From the NCBI GenBank assembly GCA_013334865.1, contig JAAXWS010000001.1, forward strand, positions 31,067-95,066: a stretch of DNA of 64,000 nucleotides, read 5' to 3'. A model generated the notes under the pieces. The model worked only from the letters and a program-made list of their open reading frames with translations. It was not told the origin of the DNA and made no database searches. Shown here one piece after another: positions 1 through 10,489 of this stretch. A program made the translations under genes and the position numbers. The stretch comes from Chlorobiaceae bacterium (lineage in GTDB: Bacteria; Bacteroidota; Chlorobiia; Chlorobiales; Chlorobiaceae). Positions within the stretch are counted from its first letter, which is position 1. Each line of letters opens with the position of its first letter.

Positions 1-1
1 C

Positions 2-661
2 CGTCCGGAGAAGGTCAAGTTCGGCACCGTCGGGCCTGCGCTCAAGAACGTCGAAGTGAAGATCGCCGAAGACGGCGAGATCCTGCTCAAGGGCCCGAAC
101 ATCATGAAGGGATACTGGAAGGACGACGCCGCGACAGCTGAAGTGATGAGGGACGGCTGGTTCTGCACCGGGGACATCGGCGAGATCGACAGGGACGGCT
201 ACCTGAAAATCACCGACCGCAAGAAGCACATCATCGTGACCTCAGGCGGCAAGAACATCGCCCCGCTGCCTATCGAGAACCTGATCCACGACAGCCCGTT
301 CGTCGACCAGGCGATGATCGTCGGCGAAAAACGGCCGTTCCTCATCGCCCTTATCGTACCCGATTTCTCGAAGCTGAAGGAGTATGCCGCCGAGCACGGC
401 ATCAATGCATCGACCAACCGCCAGCTCATCGACAACAAGGAGATCCTGCAGATATTCGAAAAGCTCCTGAGGAACATCTCGCGTCAGCTTGCCACGCACG
501 AAAAGGTCAGGAAGTTCCTGCTTGTCGACGAAGCCTTCACGCTCGAGAACGGCATGATGACCCCGACCCTCAAACTGAAGCGCAAGGAGATCCTCAAGAA
601 GTACAACCCGGAGATCGACAATGTCTACAACGCCCTGAACATGGTCTACAACACGGAGTGA
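2..661 (+). CDS. Long-chain acyl-CoA synthetase / AMP-dependent ligase, C-terminal part (5' end lies upstream of the window)
   Basis: The frame is open from nt 2 ([39 protein letters not shown]). ANL-superfamily C-terminal motifs [37 protein letters not shown] and TPTLKLKRK are present. Stop at 659-661. Confidence 0.85.
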   Translation, partial: RPEKVKFGTVGPALKNVEVKIAEDGEILLKGPNIMKGYWKDDAATAEVMRDGWFCTGDIGEIDRDGYLKITDRKKHIIVTSGGKNIAPLPIENLIHDSPFVDQAMIVGEKRPFLIALIVPDFSKLKEYAAEHGINASTNRQLIDNKEILQIFEKLLRNISRQLATHEKVRKFLLVDEAFTLENGMMTPTLKLKRKEILKKYNPEIDNVYNALNMVYNTE

Positions 662-710
662 GACCCGCAGAAGCCGTCCCGACAGCTGCGTGGACGGCGC
701 TTCAGTATTG

Positions 711-751
711 AAAAAAGCTGCCTCGGGAACGAAACCGGGGCAGCTTTTTTT
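711..751. terminator. Bidirectional rho-independent terminator hairpin between convergent genes
   Basis: aaaaaagctgcctcggg-aacgaaa-ccggggcagcttttttt: a GC-rich stem with one mismatch, flanked by an A-run and a T-run. It lies between the acyl-CoA ligase stop (661) and the glycosylase stop (805). Confidence 0.7.
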
Positions 752-804
752 CTGCACAAGGCCGGCTCCGATACCAGCCCTGCTTATCGGTACAGCACTC
801 CCGG

Positions 805-1626
805 CTACTTGGCGCTCCCGGGTGCTCCCGGGATACCCACCATCTCTCCGTACATCTCGGCCATGCCTTCTCGCAGGAGCGAATCGACGATCGAAGCTAT
901 GCCGTAGGGGCAGTCGGCATAACGCTCCTCGATCCCCGCCATCGGCAGCCGGCCGGCCGAGAGCAGGTCGCGCATCAGGCGGCCGCGGTACCACCGTCGC
1001 GACCCTTTGAACGGGGACTGCTTCGTCAACGGGGCGATACCGGTTTTCCGGCTGGTCAGCTCCAGAGCACCGTAATCCATGAGCGCGTTGTGCCAGTCGC
1101 GGCTGCGACCCTTCGGCAGCACCTCCTCGGCGACGCATCGGAGTCCGGAGGGCCGTATGTCTTCGGGAAGCCCGAGTTCATGGATCAGCACCCGCCTGAT
1201 GTTCGTATCTATGGTCGCAATATCGAGGTTGTCCGCGAAAACGGGAATGGATCTGCTGGTGTACGGGCCAATGCCGGGGAGGGTCGCAAGGATATCCGGG
1301 TCCCACGGTACCGTGCCGCCATGCAGCTCGACGATCATTGCGGCGGCAAGCTGGAGGCGCTGTCCCCTGGCGTTGTAGCCGAGGCCGCTCCACATCTGGA
1401 GCACCTCGTGCAGCGAAGCCGATGCAAGCGACGCGGCGTCCGGGAACCGCTCCATCCACTGCAGGAAGCGCGGGGCTACGCGCTCGGCCTGGGTCTGCTG
1501 CAGCATGACCTCGCTCACCATGACGGCATACCTGTCGCAGGTACGGCGCCAGGGGAAATCACGCCGGTTCTCCTGGAAAAATCCAAAGATTTTCTCCCTG
1601 AATACCTCAGCGGAAACGCTGTACAT
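805..1626 (-). CDS. HhH-GPD base-excision DNA glycosylase, MutY/Nth-like, without the usual Fe-S cysteine loop
   Basis: 273 aa with ATG at 1624-1626. It has the MutY-like [10 protein letters not shown] motif, the helix-hairpin-helix [12 protein letters not shown] and the catalytic-Asp region IDTNIRRVL. After HNALMDYGA the expected C-x6-C-x2-C-x5-C loop is replaced by [19 protein letters not shown]. Confidence 0.8.
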   Translation of the reverse strand: MYSVSAEVFREKIFGFFQENRRDFPWRRTCDRYAVMVSEVMLQQTQAERVAPRFLQWMERFPDAASLASASLHEVLQMWSGLGYNARGQRLQLAAAMIVELHGGTVPWDPDILATLPGIGPYTSRSIPVFADNLDIATIDTNIRRVLIHELGLPEDIRPSGLRCVAEEVLPKGRSRDWHNALMDYGALELTSRKTGIAPLTKQSPFKGSRRWYRGRLMRDLLSAGRLPMAGIEERYADCPYGIASIVDSLLREGMAEMYGEMVGIPGAPGSAK

Positions 1627-1647
1627 GGCTTTCGCTGCTGGAATTGC

Positions 1648-2466
1648 TCAGAATTCGGGTGCCGGTCCCGGCACGAAACCGGTGGGACGTTTCAGGACCG
1701 TGGCGGCATGCCTGAACGGGTCGTGGCCGAAAAACAGGATCCAGCCTTGCTGGAAGGCCTCTTCGAGGATAACCGCTTTTTCCTCGATGACCGTCCTTGC
1801 GTCGATGTCGTTTCCGGATCCCCTCGTGACCGGATAATGGGAAGTGGTAGGCACGAGATCGGCCGCGTGCAGGAGCGTCGTCTTTCCGTCGCTTATCCTG
1901 ACGAGCTGCTGGCCGCGGGTGTGACCGTTGCTCAGGATCACATCGATTCCGGGAAACAGCTCATGGGTGCCGGAAACCGTATGGAACAGCGAAAGCTGGC
2001 GGAACTCGTCGATGATGGTTTCGTTGAAACTGGGGCGCTCGCGCTCCTCCGGGCGGCAGGCGGTACGGAAGTTCTCCTCCTGCACGATGACGCGGGCATA
2101 GGGGAACACCGGCACCAGGCGGTCTCCACCGCAGCCGAAGGCGCCTCCGACATGGTCGCTGTGCAGGTGGGTCAGGACCAGGTCCGTGATGTCTCCCGGG
2201 TGCAGGCCATGCGAGGCAAGCTGCTCCTCGAGCTGGTAGGGGGTTGTCGCATTGGCGGCCCAGCGGCTGGTCCAGCAGAGCTTGCCGATGCCGGCATCGA
2301 CCAGTATCCGGCGGCCATTGCCCACGATGAGCAGCAGTCTTGTCGCCAGATGGATCTTCGGCATGGGTTTTGTCTGATCAAGGTTGCGCACGGGCATCAG
2401 GCCGCCGTCGAACAGGAACTCCTGCACCTTGAGCGAATGGATCTTGTAGTCACCGATGGAGAGCAT
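1648..2466 (-). CDS. Metallo-beta-lactamase-fold hydrolase
   Basis: 272 aa with ATG at 2464-2466. It has the HxHxDH zinc motif (LTHLHSDHVGG) and later His/Asp residues typical of the MBL fold. Confidence 0.8.
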   Translation of the reverse strand: MLSIGDYKIHSLKVQEFLFDGGLMPVRNLDQTKPMPKIHLATRLLLIVGNGRRILVDAGIGKLCWTSRWAANATTPYQLEEQLASHGLHPGDITDLVLTHLHSDHVGGAFGCGGDRLVPVFPYARVIVQEENFRTACRPEERERPSFNETIIDEFRQLSLFHTVSGTHELFPGIDVILSNGHTRGQQLVRISDGKTTLLHAADLVPTTSHYPVTRGSGNDIDARTVIEEKAVILEEAFQQGWILFFGHDPFRHAATVLKRPTGFVPGPAPEF

Positions 2467-2644
2467 CTCTGAAGCGGATTGAGCGTAAAGTGGTTATGCG
2501 CGTGACTGAGGGCACGTAAGTACTCCCCTGTCCGGCCATGAAAGGCGGATATTCAGGCGGGATCCGATAAGTACCCGGAATATCGACCCGGCCGGAAAGC
2601 CGGGCCGATCTGCGGAATAGTCCTTCTGCGATGGAACGCCGGGC

Positions 2645-3010
2645 TTAAGCCTGGGCGTTTGCGGACTTGCGCTCCTTGACCTTCAGCGCGGCCTTGCCGG
2701 TACGCTTGCGGAGGTAGAACAGCTTCGCCCTGCGAGCCTTGCCGTGCCTGGTGACCGTCACGCTCTCGACGTTCGGAGAGTTGACCGGGATGATCCTCTC
2801 GACACCGACGCCGTGGGAGATCTTGCGGACGGTGATGGTCTTGGAAGCGCCGGCGCCCCTGTCGCTGATCACGACGCCTTCGAAAGCCTGGAGACGCTCC
2901 TTTTCGCCCTCGATGACCTTCAGCTGGATCCTGACGGTATCGCCGGGACGAACTTCGGGAATATCGGTCCTGTTCTGGGTTGCTTCCACCAATTGAATTA
3001 ACTGATCCAT
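2645..3010 (-). CDS. rplS: 50S ribosomal protein L19
   Basis: [12 protein letters not shown]...[30 protein letters not shown]...[12 protein letters not shown] is an L19 pattern. I chose the ATG at 3008-3010 rather than the longer track ORF (to 3052), which would overlap the trmD stop. Confidence 0.9.
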   Translation of the reverse strand: MDQLIQLVEATQNRTDIPEVRPGDTVRIQLKVIEGEKERLQAFEGVVISDRGAGASKTITVRKISHGVGVERIIPVNSPNVESVTVTRHGKARRAKLFYLRKRTGKAALKVKERKSANAQA

Positions 3011-3039
3011 GATGCTACTCTTGTCTTTATGTGTTGTCT

Positions 3040-3732
3040 TTACTCTTCCCATTCTTCATTCTCGAGCAGGTCCGGCCGTCGCTGGAGCGTGCGTTCCCGC
3101 GCGTTCTCCTGCCGCCAGTCCCCGATCTTCTCGTGATGGCCTGAAAGCAGCACGTCGGGTACGGCCATCCCACGGAACTCGGCAGGACGGGTGTACCAGG
3201 CGCAATCCAGCATCCGGGACTGGAACGAATCGGTCAACGCCGACTCGCCGTCACCCAGGACGCCCGGGATAAGCCGCACGACCGCGTCGGCAAGCATGAG
3301 CGCCGGGATTTCACCCCCGGAAAGCACCACATCGCCGACGGACAGTTCCATCGTCACAAGCGTCTGGCGGATCCTTTCGTCCATGGCCTTGTAATGGCCG
3401 CACAGCACGATCAGGTTCCCCTTGCGGGAAAGCCTGTTGGCCGTATTCTGTTCGAAAGGCCTGCCGTCCGGCGTCATGAAGATCACCTCGTCGTAAGCTC
3501 TTTCAGCCAGCAATCCCTCGATGCACGCGAAAACCGGTTCGGGACGGATCACCATTCCCGCGCCGCCTCCGAACGGCGTATCGTCCACCTGACGGTACTT
3601 GCCCAGCCCGTAATCGTGGAGGTTGTGCACGTGAATCTCCGCGAGGCCTTTCTTCCTTGCGATTCCGAGCAGACCTTTCTCAAGGGGCGAGGCAAAAAAA
3701 TCCGGTATGACGGAAATGATATCTATCCGCAT
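3040..3732 (-). CDS. trmD: tRNA (guanine37-N1)-methyltransferase
   Basis: [13 protein letters not shown]..., FGGGAGMV and LSGGEIPA are TrmD motifs. ATG at 3730-3732; the track ORF begins at an upstream GTG (3741). Confidence 0.9.
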   Translation of the reverse strand: MRIDIISVIPDFFASPLEKGLLGIARKKGLAEIHVHNLHDYGLGKYRQVDDTPFGGGAGMVIRPEPVFACIEGLLAERAYDEVIFMTPDGRPFEQNTANRLSRKGNLIVLCGHYKAMDERIRQTLVTMELSVGDVVLSGGEIPALMLADAVVRLIPGVLGDGESALTDSFQSRMLDCAWYTRPAEFRGMAVPDVLLSGHHEKIGDWRQENARERTLQRRPDLLENEEWEE

Positions 3733-3786
3733 GGCTTCCACACCCGAGATATTGCTTCAATCAATATGTTTCAAGAACATGTGATG

Positions 3787-4290
3787 CTACAGGAACTCCG
3801 AAAAGCGCCGCAACACCATGATCCCCTTCCGGAGATCGATCTCCTCGACAAACTCCTCGACGGCCGGCACAAGCACCTTGCGCCCATCCGTCTCGATCTC
3901 ATACACGTCGTGCGCCGGCATCTCGAGCACGTCGCCGACCTTTCCGATCCGTTCGCCCCTTTCGTCGAACACCTCCAGGCCTATAAGGTCATGGATGTAT
4001 GCCCGATCGTCAGGCAGCGGTTCAAGATGGTCTCGCGTCACATACAGCCGGTACCCGGCGACAGCCTCAGCCGCCTCTCGGGTTCCGATGCCTTCAAACA
4101 CGATCCAGGCGAACCCCTGATAAACCTTTGCCGACAGAACTTTCCGCAGCACGGCATCTTCCGGGGTCCTGCCGATATAGAGCTCCCTTCGTTTGAGGAA
4201 GCTCTCGGGAAAATCGGTCACGGGCTGGACCTTCAGCTCACCTTTCAGCCCCTTGGGCTTGAGCACGTTGCCGGTCAGGTAAAGCTCCAC
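3787..4290 (-). CDS. rimM: 16S rRNA processing protein RimM
   Basis: 167 aa with the N-terminal G(L)KGELKV pattern and a C-terminal PRC-barrel-like half. It sits between rpsP and trmD. The only in-frame start is GTG at 4288-4290. Confidence 0.85.
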   Translation of the reverse strand: MELYLTGNVLKPKGLKGELKVQPVTDFPESFLKRRELYIGRTPEDAVLRKVLSAKVYQGFAWIVFEGIGTREAAEAVAGYRLYVTRDHLEPLPDDRAYIHDLIGLEVFDERGERIGKVGDVLEMPAHDVYEIETDGRKVLVPAVEEFVEEIDLRKGIMVLRRFSEFL

Positions 4291-4318
4291 CCCGTTTCAG
4301 CAGATGACGTTTCGGCGA

Positions 4319-4732
4319 TCAGGCCTCGGAGGAACCGGCGGCGGCATTCGCCTCGGCATCCTTCTTTGCCTGGCGGCGGCGGGTCTTGACCGTGAGGCGC
4401 TTCTGACGGCGCTCGGCCTCCTTCTGCTGCCAGACGTCCATCTGGGCCGCGATATCGGTCTCGCTGACGCCGCGGCGCTGCAGGTTCATTTCATGAAGCA
4501 GGCCGGTGCCGCGGATGAGGCTGCGGACCGTGGCGGTCGGCTGTGCGCCGACATTCAGCCAGTAGGCGACGCGGTCCTTCTCGATGGTCACGGCATGCGG
4601 CTTGGCGGTCGGGTTGTAGTGTCCGATCACTTCAAGAAACTTGCCATCCCTCGGTGAGCGGCCATCGGCGGCGACAATCTGGTAGAACGGCATCTTCTTC
4701 CTTCCGGCCCTTTTCAGTCTGATCTTAACCAA
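4319..4732 (-). CDS. rpsP: 30S ribosomal protein S16 with basic C-terminal extension
   Basis: [23 protein letters not shown] is the canonical S16 N-terminus. The start codon at 4730-4732 reads TTG and there is no upstream in-frame ATG before a stop. Confidence 0.9.
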   Translation of the reverse strand: MVKIRLKRAGRKKMPFYQIVAADGRSPRDGKFLEVIGHYNPTAKPHAVTIEKDRVAYWLNVGAQPTATVRSLIRGTGLLHEMNLQRRGVSETDIAAQMDVWQQKEAERRQKRLTVKTRRRQAKKDAEANAAAGSSEA

Positions 4733-4770
4733 AGCGTATAAGGTTTAATTAATTAAGAGACATTGGTCAT

Positions 4771-6120
4771 TTATCGTTTCAAAAACTTGTCCAGCGCGAG
4801 ATTCTGCGAGGTGATCTTCCTGCCCGACTGGGTCAGGCGGGATACCGAACGCATCATCTTCTTCATCTCCCCGAACTGCTTCAGGAGCATGTTGACCTCC
4901 TGCACCCTCGTGCCGCTGCCGCTGGCGATCCTCTGGCGGCGGCTGCCGTTGATGATGTCGGGGTTCTTGCGCTCAGCCTTGGTCATCGAGGAGATCATCG
5001 CCTCGATCGGCTTGAAGTCGAGGTTCTCGAGGTCCTGCTTCGGCACCATCTTGTTCAGGCCGGGCACCATCTCGATCAGCCCCTGGATCGACCCCATCTT
5101 CTTGAGCTGCTGCAGCTGGTCGAAAAAGTCGTTCAGGTCGAACTCGTTCTTCATGAGCCTCGACTGCATCTGCATGGTCTTCTCGAGGTCGAGCGTCTCC
5201 TGCGCCTTCTCGACGAAGCTGACGATGTCGCCCATGCCGAGGATCCTCTGCGCCATGCGCTCGGGGTAGAAGAGGTCGAGGTCATCGACCTTCTCGCCCA
5301 CGCTCATGAACTTGATCGGCTTTTCGACGACCTGCCTGATCGACAGGGCCGCACCGCCGCGGGCATCGCCGTCGAGCTTGGTGAGCACCACGCCGTCGAA
5401 ATCGAGCCGGTCGTTGAACGCCTTCGCGGTGTTGACCGCCTCCTGGCCCATCATCGAGTCCACGACGAACAGTAGCTCGTCCGGCTTGAGGGCGTTCTTG
5501 AGGGCTTCGGCCTCGGCCATCATGCTGTCGTCGATCTGCAGGCGGCCCGCCGTATCGACGATGACCACGTCCCTGTTGCCGGTGCGGGCAGCCTCGATGC
5601 CGCCGAGCGCGGCCTTCATGGCATCCTGGGCCTCCACCGAGAATACCGGGACCTCGACCTGTTCGCCGAGCGTCTTCAGCTGGTCCACGGCAGCCGGACG
5701 GTAGACGTCGGCCGCGACCAGGATCGGGTTCTTGCCGCTCTTCTTGAGCCTCTTGGCCAGCTTGGCGCAGAAGGTGGTCTTGCCGGAACCCTGGAGGCCG
5801 GCGACCATGACGATGGCAGGCGACTTCTTCGGCGGAAGGTTCAGCGGCTTGTTCTCGCCGCCCATGATCTCGGTCAGCTCGTCGTTGACGATCTTGACGA
5901 TCATCTGGGCCGGTGACACGCTCTTGATGACCGACTCGCCGAGGGACTTCTCCCTGATGTCCTCGACCAGCTTCTTGGCGACCTTGTAGTTCACGTCGGC
6001 CGCAAGCAGGGCGCGCTTGATGTCGCGCATGGCGATGCCGATGTTGATCTCGTTGATCGTGGCCTGGCCGGCAAGCTTCCTGAACGTCAGTTCAAGTTTG
6101 TCGCTGAGATTGTCGAACAT
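4771..6120 (-). CDS. ffh: Signal recognition particle protein Ffh
   Basis: 449 aa with GTPase motifs [14 protein letters not shown] and [10 protein letters not shown], plus a Met-rich M domain ([17 protein letters not shown]). Confidence 0.95.
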   Translation of the reverse strand: MFDNLSDKLELTFRKLAGQATINEINIGIAMRDIKRALLAADVNYKVAKKLVEDIREKSLGESVIKSVSPAQMIVKIVNDELTEIMGGENKPLNLPPKKSPAIVMVAGLQGSGKTTFCAKLAKRLKKSGKNPILVAADVYRPAAVDQLKTLGEQVEVPVFSVEAQDAMKAALGGIEAARTGNRDVVIVDTAGRLQIDDSMMAEAEALKNALKPDELLFVVDSMMGQEAVNTAKAFNDRLDFDGVVLTKLDGDARGGAALSIRQVVEKPIKFMSVGEKVDDLDLFYPERMAQRILGMGDIVSFVEKAQETLDLEKTMQMQSRLMKNEFDLNDFFDQLQQLKKMGSIQGLIEMVPGLNKMVPKQDLENLDFKPIEAMISSMTKAERKNPDIINGSRRQRIASGSGTRVQEVNMLLKQFGEMKKMMRSVSRLTQSGRKITSQNLALDKFLKR

Positions 6121-6320
6121 GGTTGGGCAGTCACATAAATTCTAAAAATGGATAGCTTTAAAAATAAAAAAATTCTCGTAAAATAAAACCATACGCAACA
6201 AGCTTCTTCCGCATTATTTTCCGTCTGGCATATTTACCATAACTTGTTGTAAAACAACACCGGATCCGACCGAAAAGATGGCTGGGGCCATACTCCGGAA
6301 GGCCCGCACCCGACAGAGCC

Positions 6321-7304
6321 ATGACACCAGACCTCATCGACAGTCTGTTCACCTCGTTCCAGCAGCAGCGTATCGCCGTCATCGGCGACGTCATGCTCGA
6401 CAAGTACATCTTCGGCCACGTCTCCCGCATCTCGCCCGAATACCCTGTACCGGTCGTGGACGTAACCCACGAAACCAGCCGTCTCGGCGGTGCGGCCAAC
6501 GTAGCGCTGAACATCCATGCCCTCGGGGCGAAGGCATTCCTGATCGGCGTGACCGGCAGCGACCCGGGCCGGGAGGGCATGACCGCCCTCATGGGAGAAC
6601 AGGGCCTCGATGCCGGCCTGCTCCTGGCAGATCCGTCCCGCCCCACCACCTGCAAGACCAGGATCCTGTCGCAAAACCACCATATCACCAGGGTGGACTA
6701 CGAAAGCCGCCAGCCGCTCGACGCCGACACCGAGGCAAAGCTGCTGGAGATGTTCAGGGAGATCGCCGGAACGCTCGGGGCGGTCGTGCTCGAAGACTAC
6801 AACAAAGGGGTGCTGACCGGGTCGTTCATCGCCTCGGTGATCGCGATCTGCAGGGAGATCGGGGTCCCGGTACTGGTCGACCCGAAACTCAAGGGGTTCT
6901 TCTCCTACCAGGGGTGCTCGGTGTTCAAGCCAAACCTCTCGGAGCTGGCCGCATCGCTCGGCATCGTGCTGCACAACAACGACAGGGAGGTCGAGGAGGG
7001 GTGCCTGCTGTTGAAGGAGCGCCTACAGGCGGACAGCTTCGTGGTGACCAGGAGCGAAAAGGGGATGAGCATCTACGACGGCAGCTTCACCCACATCCCG
7101 GCCACGTCCCTTGAAGTGGCGGACGTGTCAGGCGCGGGCGACACGGTCATCGGCATCCTGGCGCTCGGCACGGCCGCGGGGCTCGACCTGGTGACGAGCA
7201 CCAGGATAGCCAACCTTGCGGCCGGCACGGTCTGCCAGGAGGTCGGCGCCGCACCCGTGCGGCCAGACCGGCTGCTCAATGCGTGCCGTATCCATCTTCG
7301 CTGA
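6321..7304 (+). CDS. PfkB-family carbohydrate kinase, RfaE domain I / heptose-7-phosphate kinase-like
   Basis: 327 aa with ATG at 6321. It has the N-terminal [15 protein letters not shown] and the C-terminal DVSGAGDTV anion-hole motif of ribokinase/PfkB kinases. There is no fused adenylyltransferase domain. Confidence 0.8.
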   Translation: MTPDLIDSLFTSFQQQRIAVIGDVMLDKYIFGHVSRISPEYPVPVVDVTHETSRLGGAANVALNIHALGAKAFLIGVTGSDPGREGMTALMGEQGLDAGLLLADPSRPTTCKTRILSQNHHITRVDYESRQPLDADTEAKLLEMFREIAGTLGAVVLEDYNKGVLTGSFIASVIAICREIGVPVLVDPKLKGFFSYQGCSVFKPNLSELAASLGIVLHNNDREVEEGCLLLKERLQADSFVVTRSEKGMSIYDGSFTHIPATSLEVADVSGAGDTVIGILALGTAAGLDLVTSTRIANLAAGTVCQEVGAAPVRPDRLLNACRIHLR

Positions 7305-7914
7305 TATGGAAGTGCTCGTCGACGATCGACGGCCATGACGGGTTGTATGCAGGATCCTGCGCCAGGGCGCGCATCTTCTGCAGAGAATAGAAGGGTACCT
7401 CGAACAGGGCTGCGTTGCTCAATGAGGCAGGCACGTCGCTGCCGGGGTTCATATGCATGACGAAGGTGATGTGCACCCGCCCCCGCTCGATCGGCATAAA
7501 CACCCATACTCCCCTGGTTTCCCTCACCCGGTGCATGTCCAGCCGCTTCGGCAGGTAATCGGGCATCCCCGTCATGGTCAGAGCCACCGCCCCCGCCTCC
7601 GAAACCTGCAACCCGGTCCGGACGATGAGCTCCCGCTTCGGCATCGGCCAGGGAGTGTTGATCACCTGGCGCACCACATACTCGAGATCGTCGTTCTGAT
7701 CGAGCACCTGCATCTCGGCAAGCTGGTGCACCCAGCGCCCGTAGCTGCCGAAATCATGGAACAGGCTTACGAGCTTCCTGAACGGCACTTCGAACTCAGC
7801 CTCACCCTTGAAACCGAGGAGGTCGGAACCGGCGATTTTGGAAGAATAGACCCTGATGCCCTTGTGCTCGACACGAAACTCCCAGTTGCCCTCGAGGGCC
7901 TTAGCTACATCCAT
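7276..7914 (-). CDS. START/SRPBCC-fold lipid-binding domain protein (paralogue 1)
   Basis: 212 aa from the ATG at 7912-7914 ([23 protein letters not shown]...). The START-like pattern is [12 protein letters not shown]...GVWVFMPIE...FEVPFYSL. The track ORF to 8424 is read-through across the upstream paralogue. Confidence 0.75.
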   Translation of the reverse strand: MDVAKALEGNWEFRVEHKGIRVYSSKIAGSDLLGFKGEAEFEVPFRKLVSLFHDFGSYGRWVHQLAEMQVLDQNDDLEYVVRQVINTPWPMPKRELIVRTGLQVSEAGAVALTMTGMPDYLPKRLDMHRVRETRGVWVFMPIERGRVHITFVMHMNPGSDVPASLSNAALFEVPFYSLQKMRALAQDPAYNPSWPSIVDEHFHISEDGYGTH

Positions 7915-7952
7915 TGACACGACGATGGTTTGAAATGGAAAAAACGGCTGCC

Positions 7953-8606
7953 TTATGCCACGATGAAATCCTCGTAGTTCCTCACGATATCCGTCGTCGA
8001 GCGGAACGGGGCATCGACCGGCTTGCGGTACTTCTCCCGCTTGACCATGTCGCGCATGTTGCACAGCGTATGGTACGGCGTATCGATCACGGCGATGTTG
8101 GCAAGCCATGACGGTATCTCGCCCGCAGGCTCGACATGCAGCCTGAATATCACCCGACAGCTGTTTTCGGACAGGGGAAGGATATTCCAGGCCCCCTCCA
8201 TCTGCCGGACACGGACATAGTTTGCATTCTCCGGCAGGAAATCGGGAAGGCATTCGATCCTGATGAAGGCCTCGGATGTTTCCGGGTCCATGTATGCCGT
8301 GGAGCGGCTGATGATCTCGCGATCCGTCACCGGCCATGGTGCGCTGACCAGCTGGTAGACCACCCGTCCGTCGCTTTCTGAGAGCTCCTGGAGCACTCGC
8401 ATCTCGCGGGTCTTCCAGACCCATTCGGTCGCGACATCGACATCATAAAGAAGGCTGAGCACCGAATGCTGAGGCGCATCGATGGTGGCAACCGCGACGA
8501 ACGACAGGAAGTTCGACGACGGGACCGGGCAGGTACATATCCTCAGCCAGTCGTTCCTGAACCTTTCGGTGCAGGTGGCGCTGTTGATTTTTTCGATCAG
8601 GGTCAT
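7953..8606 (-). CDS. START/SRPBCC-fold lipid-binding domain protein (paralogue 2)
   Basis: 217 aa from the ATG at 8604-8606 ([12 protein letters not shown]...). It shares [24 protein letters not shown] and [12 protein letters not shown] with the neighbouring paralogue. Confidence 0.75.
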   Translation of the reverse strand: MTLIEKINSATCTERFRNDWLRICTCPVPSSNFLSFVAVATIDAPQHSVLSLLYDVDVATEWVWKTREMRVLQELSESDGRVVYQLVSAPWPVTDREIISRSTAYMDPETSEAFIRIECLPDFLPENANYVRVRQMEGAWNILPLSENSCRVIFRLHVEPAGEIPSWLANIAVIDTPYHTLCNMRDMVKREKYRKPVDAPFRSTTDIVRNYEDFIVA

Positions 8607-8664
8607 AAGTGAAACCGGTTGGGTTATGAATACAGATAGATCCGCGACGTAACGGCAAGGACAT

Positions 8665-10305
8665 TCAGGACGCCATCCTGGCCACGATCTGCCTGGCCGC
8701 ACGCATGGCCGGATCGCTTTCCCTGATCAACACCTTGAGCTGCCCTTCCGTTCCGAAAAGCTGCCTGGCGACTCTCGCCTTCAGGGCGACCTTGATATAG
8801 GCCGCGTCACGGGCGTACTCCGCGGAGTTGAACACGATCTTCTTCATCCTGCATTCCGCCCTGATCCTGGACTCAAGGTCTGCCGGAATGGCATATCCGG
8901 AAACGAACGCATCCGAAGAGCTCCTGTAGTTGCTGACAGGGCCGGAAGGATCGTCGATCAGCTTGAGGGAGATATCCTCGAAGACCCCCTTGGCGAACAG
9001 CTCCTGGTAGAGGTTCGTGTAAGGCCTTCCCGTGACCCAGTAATCGGGCATGATGCCGCCGGCTTTCGCAAGCACGGCTTTGAGACTGTCACCGGCTTTC
9101 ACCCCCCACGCCGCATTGCCGGTGGCGAACACCTTGAGGTCACCACTCTCGAGGTAGAGAGCACCACCCAGCTTTTTCAGGAGGCTCTCCGTCATGCTCC
9201 TGTCGTTCATCTGCCGGTAATACGCTTCTCGCCCGTGGCTGCCTTCGTCGTAACCACGCTGGATCTGGCGGCCGGAGGGGGTGTAATACCTCGAAACCGT
9301 AAGGCGCAGAGCCGATCCGTCGGAGAATTCGAACTGTCGCTGGACCAGGCCCTTCCCGAAAGTGAGCTCACCGACGAGGGACGCACGATGGTTGTCCTGA
9401 AGCGCCCCGGCAAGAATCTCCGCGGCGGATGCGCTGCCCCGGTCGACCAGAAGGCAAACCGGCCCTTTCTCAAAAAGCCCGCCGGGCTTGGCGGAATACC
9501 TCAGCTCGTCAGCCCCGCCATGGCGGCTCTTCGTATAGACGATCAGGTTGCGTTCAGGAAGCAGCTCGTCGGCGACCTGTACCGCCTGGTCGAGGAATCC
9601 TCCTGGATTGCCGCGAAGATCGATGACAAGGCTCCCCATCCCTCGCCCCCTCAGGCCCAGCAGGGCATCATGAAACTCCCGGGCCGTCGTCTCGACAAAC
9701 TTGCTGATCCTCACGTAACCGGTTTTCCCGTCGAGCATGAAGGCCGCGTCGATGCTCGACGTCGAGATCTTGCCCCTCGTCACCATGAAATCGATCGTCC
9801 TTTTGGCGAAAGGACGGAAGACCCTGAGGGCAACCCTGGTCCCGCTCTTACCCCGAAGCTTCCTGAGTACGGACTCCCTCGTGATTCCGACGGCATTGAC
9901 TGAATCGATGGCAAGGATCCGGTCTCCCGGCATGATGCCTGCCGATTCGCTCGGACCTCCCGCGAGGGGAGTGACCACCAGCAGGGTGTCGTTGACCACG
10001 TCGAACTCGATGCCGACCCCTTCGAAATTGCCCTCGAGCTCTGCATTCGAATAAGCCGCCTTTTCAGGCTCCAGATAGATGGTGTGGGGATCGAGCGATT
10101 CGACCATCCCGCGGATTCCGGCGCTGGCCAGGCTGTCGTCGTTGACCGGATCGACGTAGCTCGACCTGATGAGACGGTACGCATCCTGGACCTTCTTCTG
10201 GCGAGCTTCGAGCACACCGTCCCGCCCGCCGTTCAGCCTCGAACCTATGAATATGCCGAATGCCAGGACGACAATCATGAGAACAGCACTGAATATTCGA
10301 GACAT
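8665..10305 (-). CDS. ctpA: Carboxyl-terminal processing protease (peptidase S41) with PDZ domain
   Basis: 546 aa with an N-terminal membrane anchor, a PDZ segment ([12 protein letters not shown]), the Ser region [15 protein letters not shown] and the Lys region TFGKG. ATG at 10303-10305. Confidence 0.9.
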   Translation of the reverse strand: MSRIFSAVLMIVVLAFGIFIGSRLNGGRDGVLEARQKKVQDAYRLIRSSYVDPVNDDSLASAGIRGMVESLDPHTIYLEPEKAAYSNAELEGNFEGVGIEFDVVNDTLLVVTPLAGGPSESAGIMPGDRILAIDSVNAVGITRESVLRKLRGKSGTRVALRVFRPFAKRTIDFMVTRGKISTSSIDAAFMLDGKTGYVRISKFVETTAREFHDALLGLRGRGMGSLVIDLRGNPGGFLDQAVQVADELLPERNLIVYTKSRHGGADELRYSAKPGGLFEKGPVCLLVDRGSASAAEILAGALQDNHRASLVGELTFGKGLVQRQFEFSDGSALRLTVSRYYTPSGRQIQRGYDEGSHGREAYYRQMNDRSMTESLLKKLGGALYLESGDLKVFATGNAAWGVKAGDSLKAVLAKAGGIMPDYWVTGRPYTNLYQELFAKGVFEDISLKLIDDPSGPVSNYRSSSDAFVSGYAIPADLESRIRAECRMKKIVFNSAEYARDAAYIKVALKARVARQLFGTEGQLKVLIRESDPAMRAARQIVARMAS

Positions 10306-10489
10306 GAGAGAAGGGTATTGAATGGAATTGGAACGGTAAACGAAAACGTCAGGCCAGTCCCCCGGAGTAGGGCTCAGGCATACACAACCTCAGGAGCCGC
10401 CATGACTGCAGCAAGCAATTTTCTCTGATGATGAGGAGTGCGAATCAAGGATGCCAACCCCGAAACCGGGTGCCTTTAGTTTACCGAAG

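Noticed and set aside
242-1138. Very long ORFs opposite to or out of frame with recognisable genes. Examples are 242-1138(-), 1090-2472(+), 3394-4389(+), 14183-15898(+), 19959-20972(+), 25263-26669(-), 30921-32402(+), 33551-35329(-), 36735-38294(-), 37619-38887(-), 46935-48131(-), 56718-58727(+) and 62090-63553(+).
   Set aside because: Each overlaps a gene with clear family motifs on the other strand or frame. Their translations are Arg/Gly/Pro/Ala-rich low-information sequence, typical of stop-codon-poor antisense frames in high-GC DNA. I recognised no independent motif.
7915-8424. N-terminal extensions of track ORFs. Examples are 7276-8424, 7953-8702, 12217-13869, 17140-18750, 24123-26678, 26720-28111, 32348-33031, 33260-35356, 35657-36748, 45923-47197 and 55812-58859.
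   Set aside because: The extensions read through the neighbouring gene or intergenic DNA and look like junk (Arg/Pro-rich). An internal ATG, verified in the nucleotide sequence, gives a canonical family N-terminus or a signal/lipobox. The track also counts GTG/TTG as Met.
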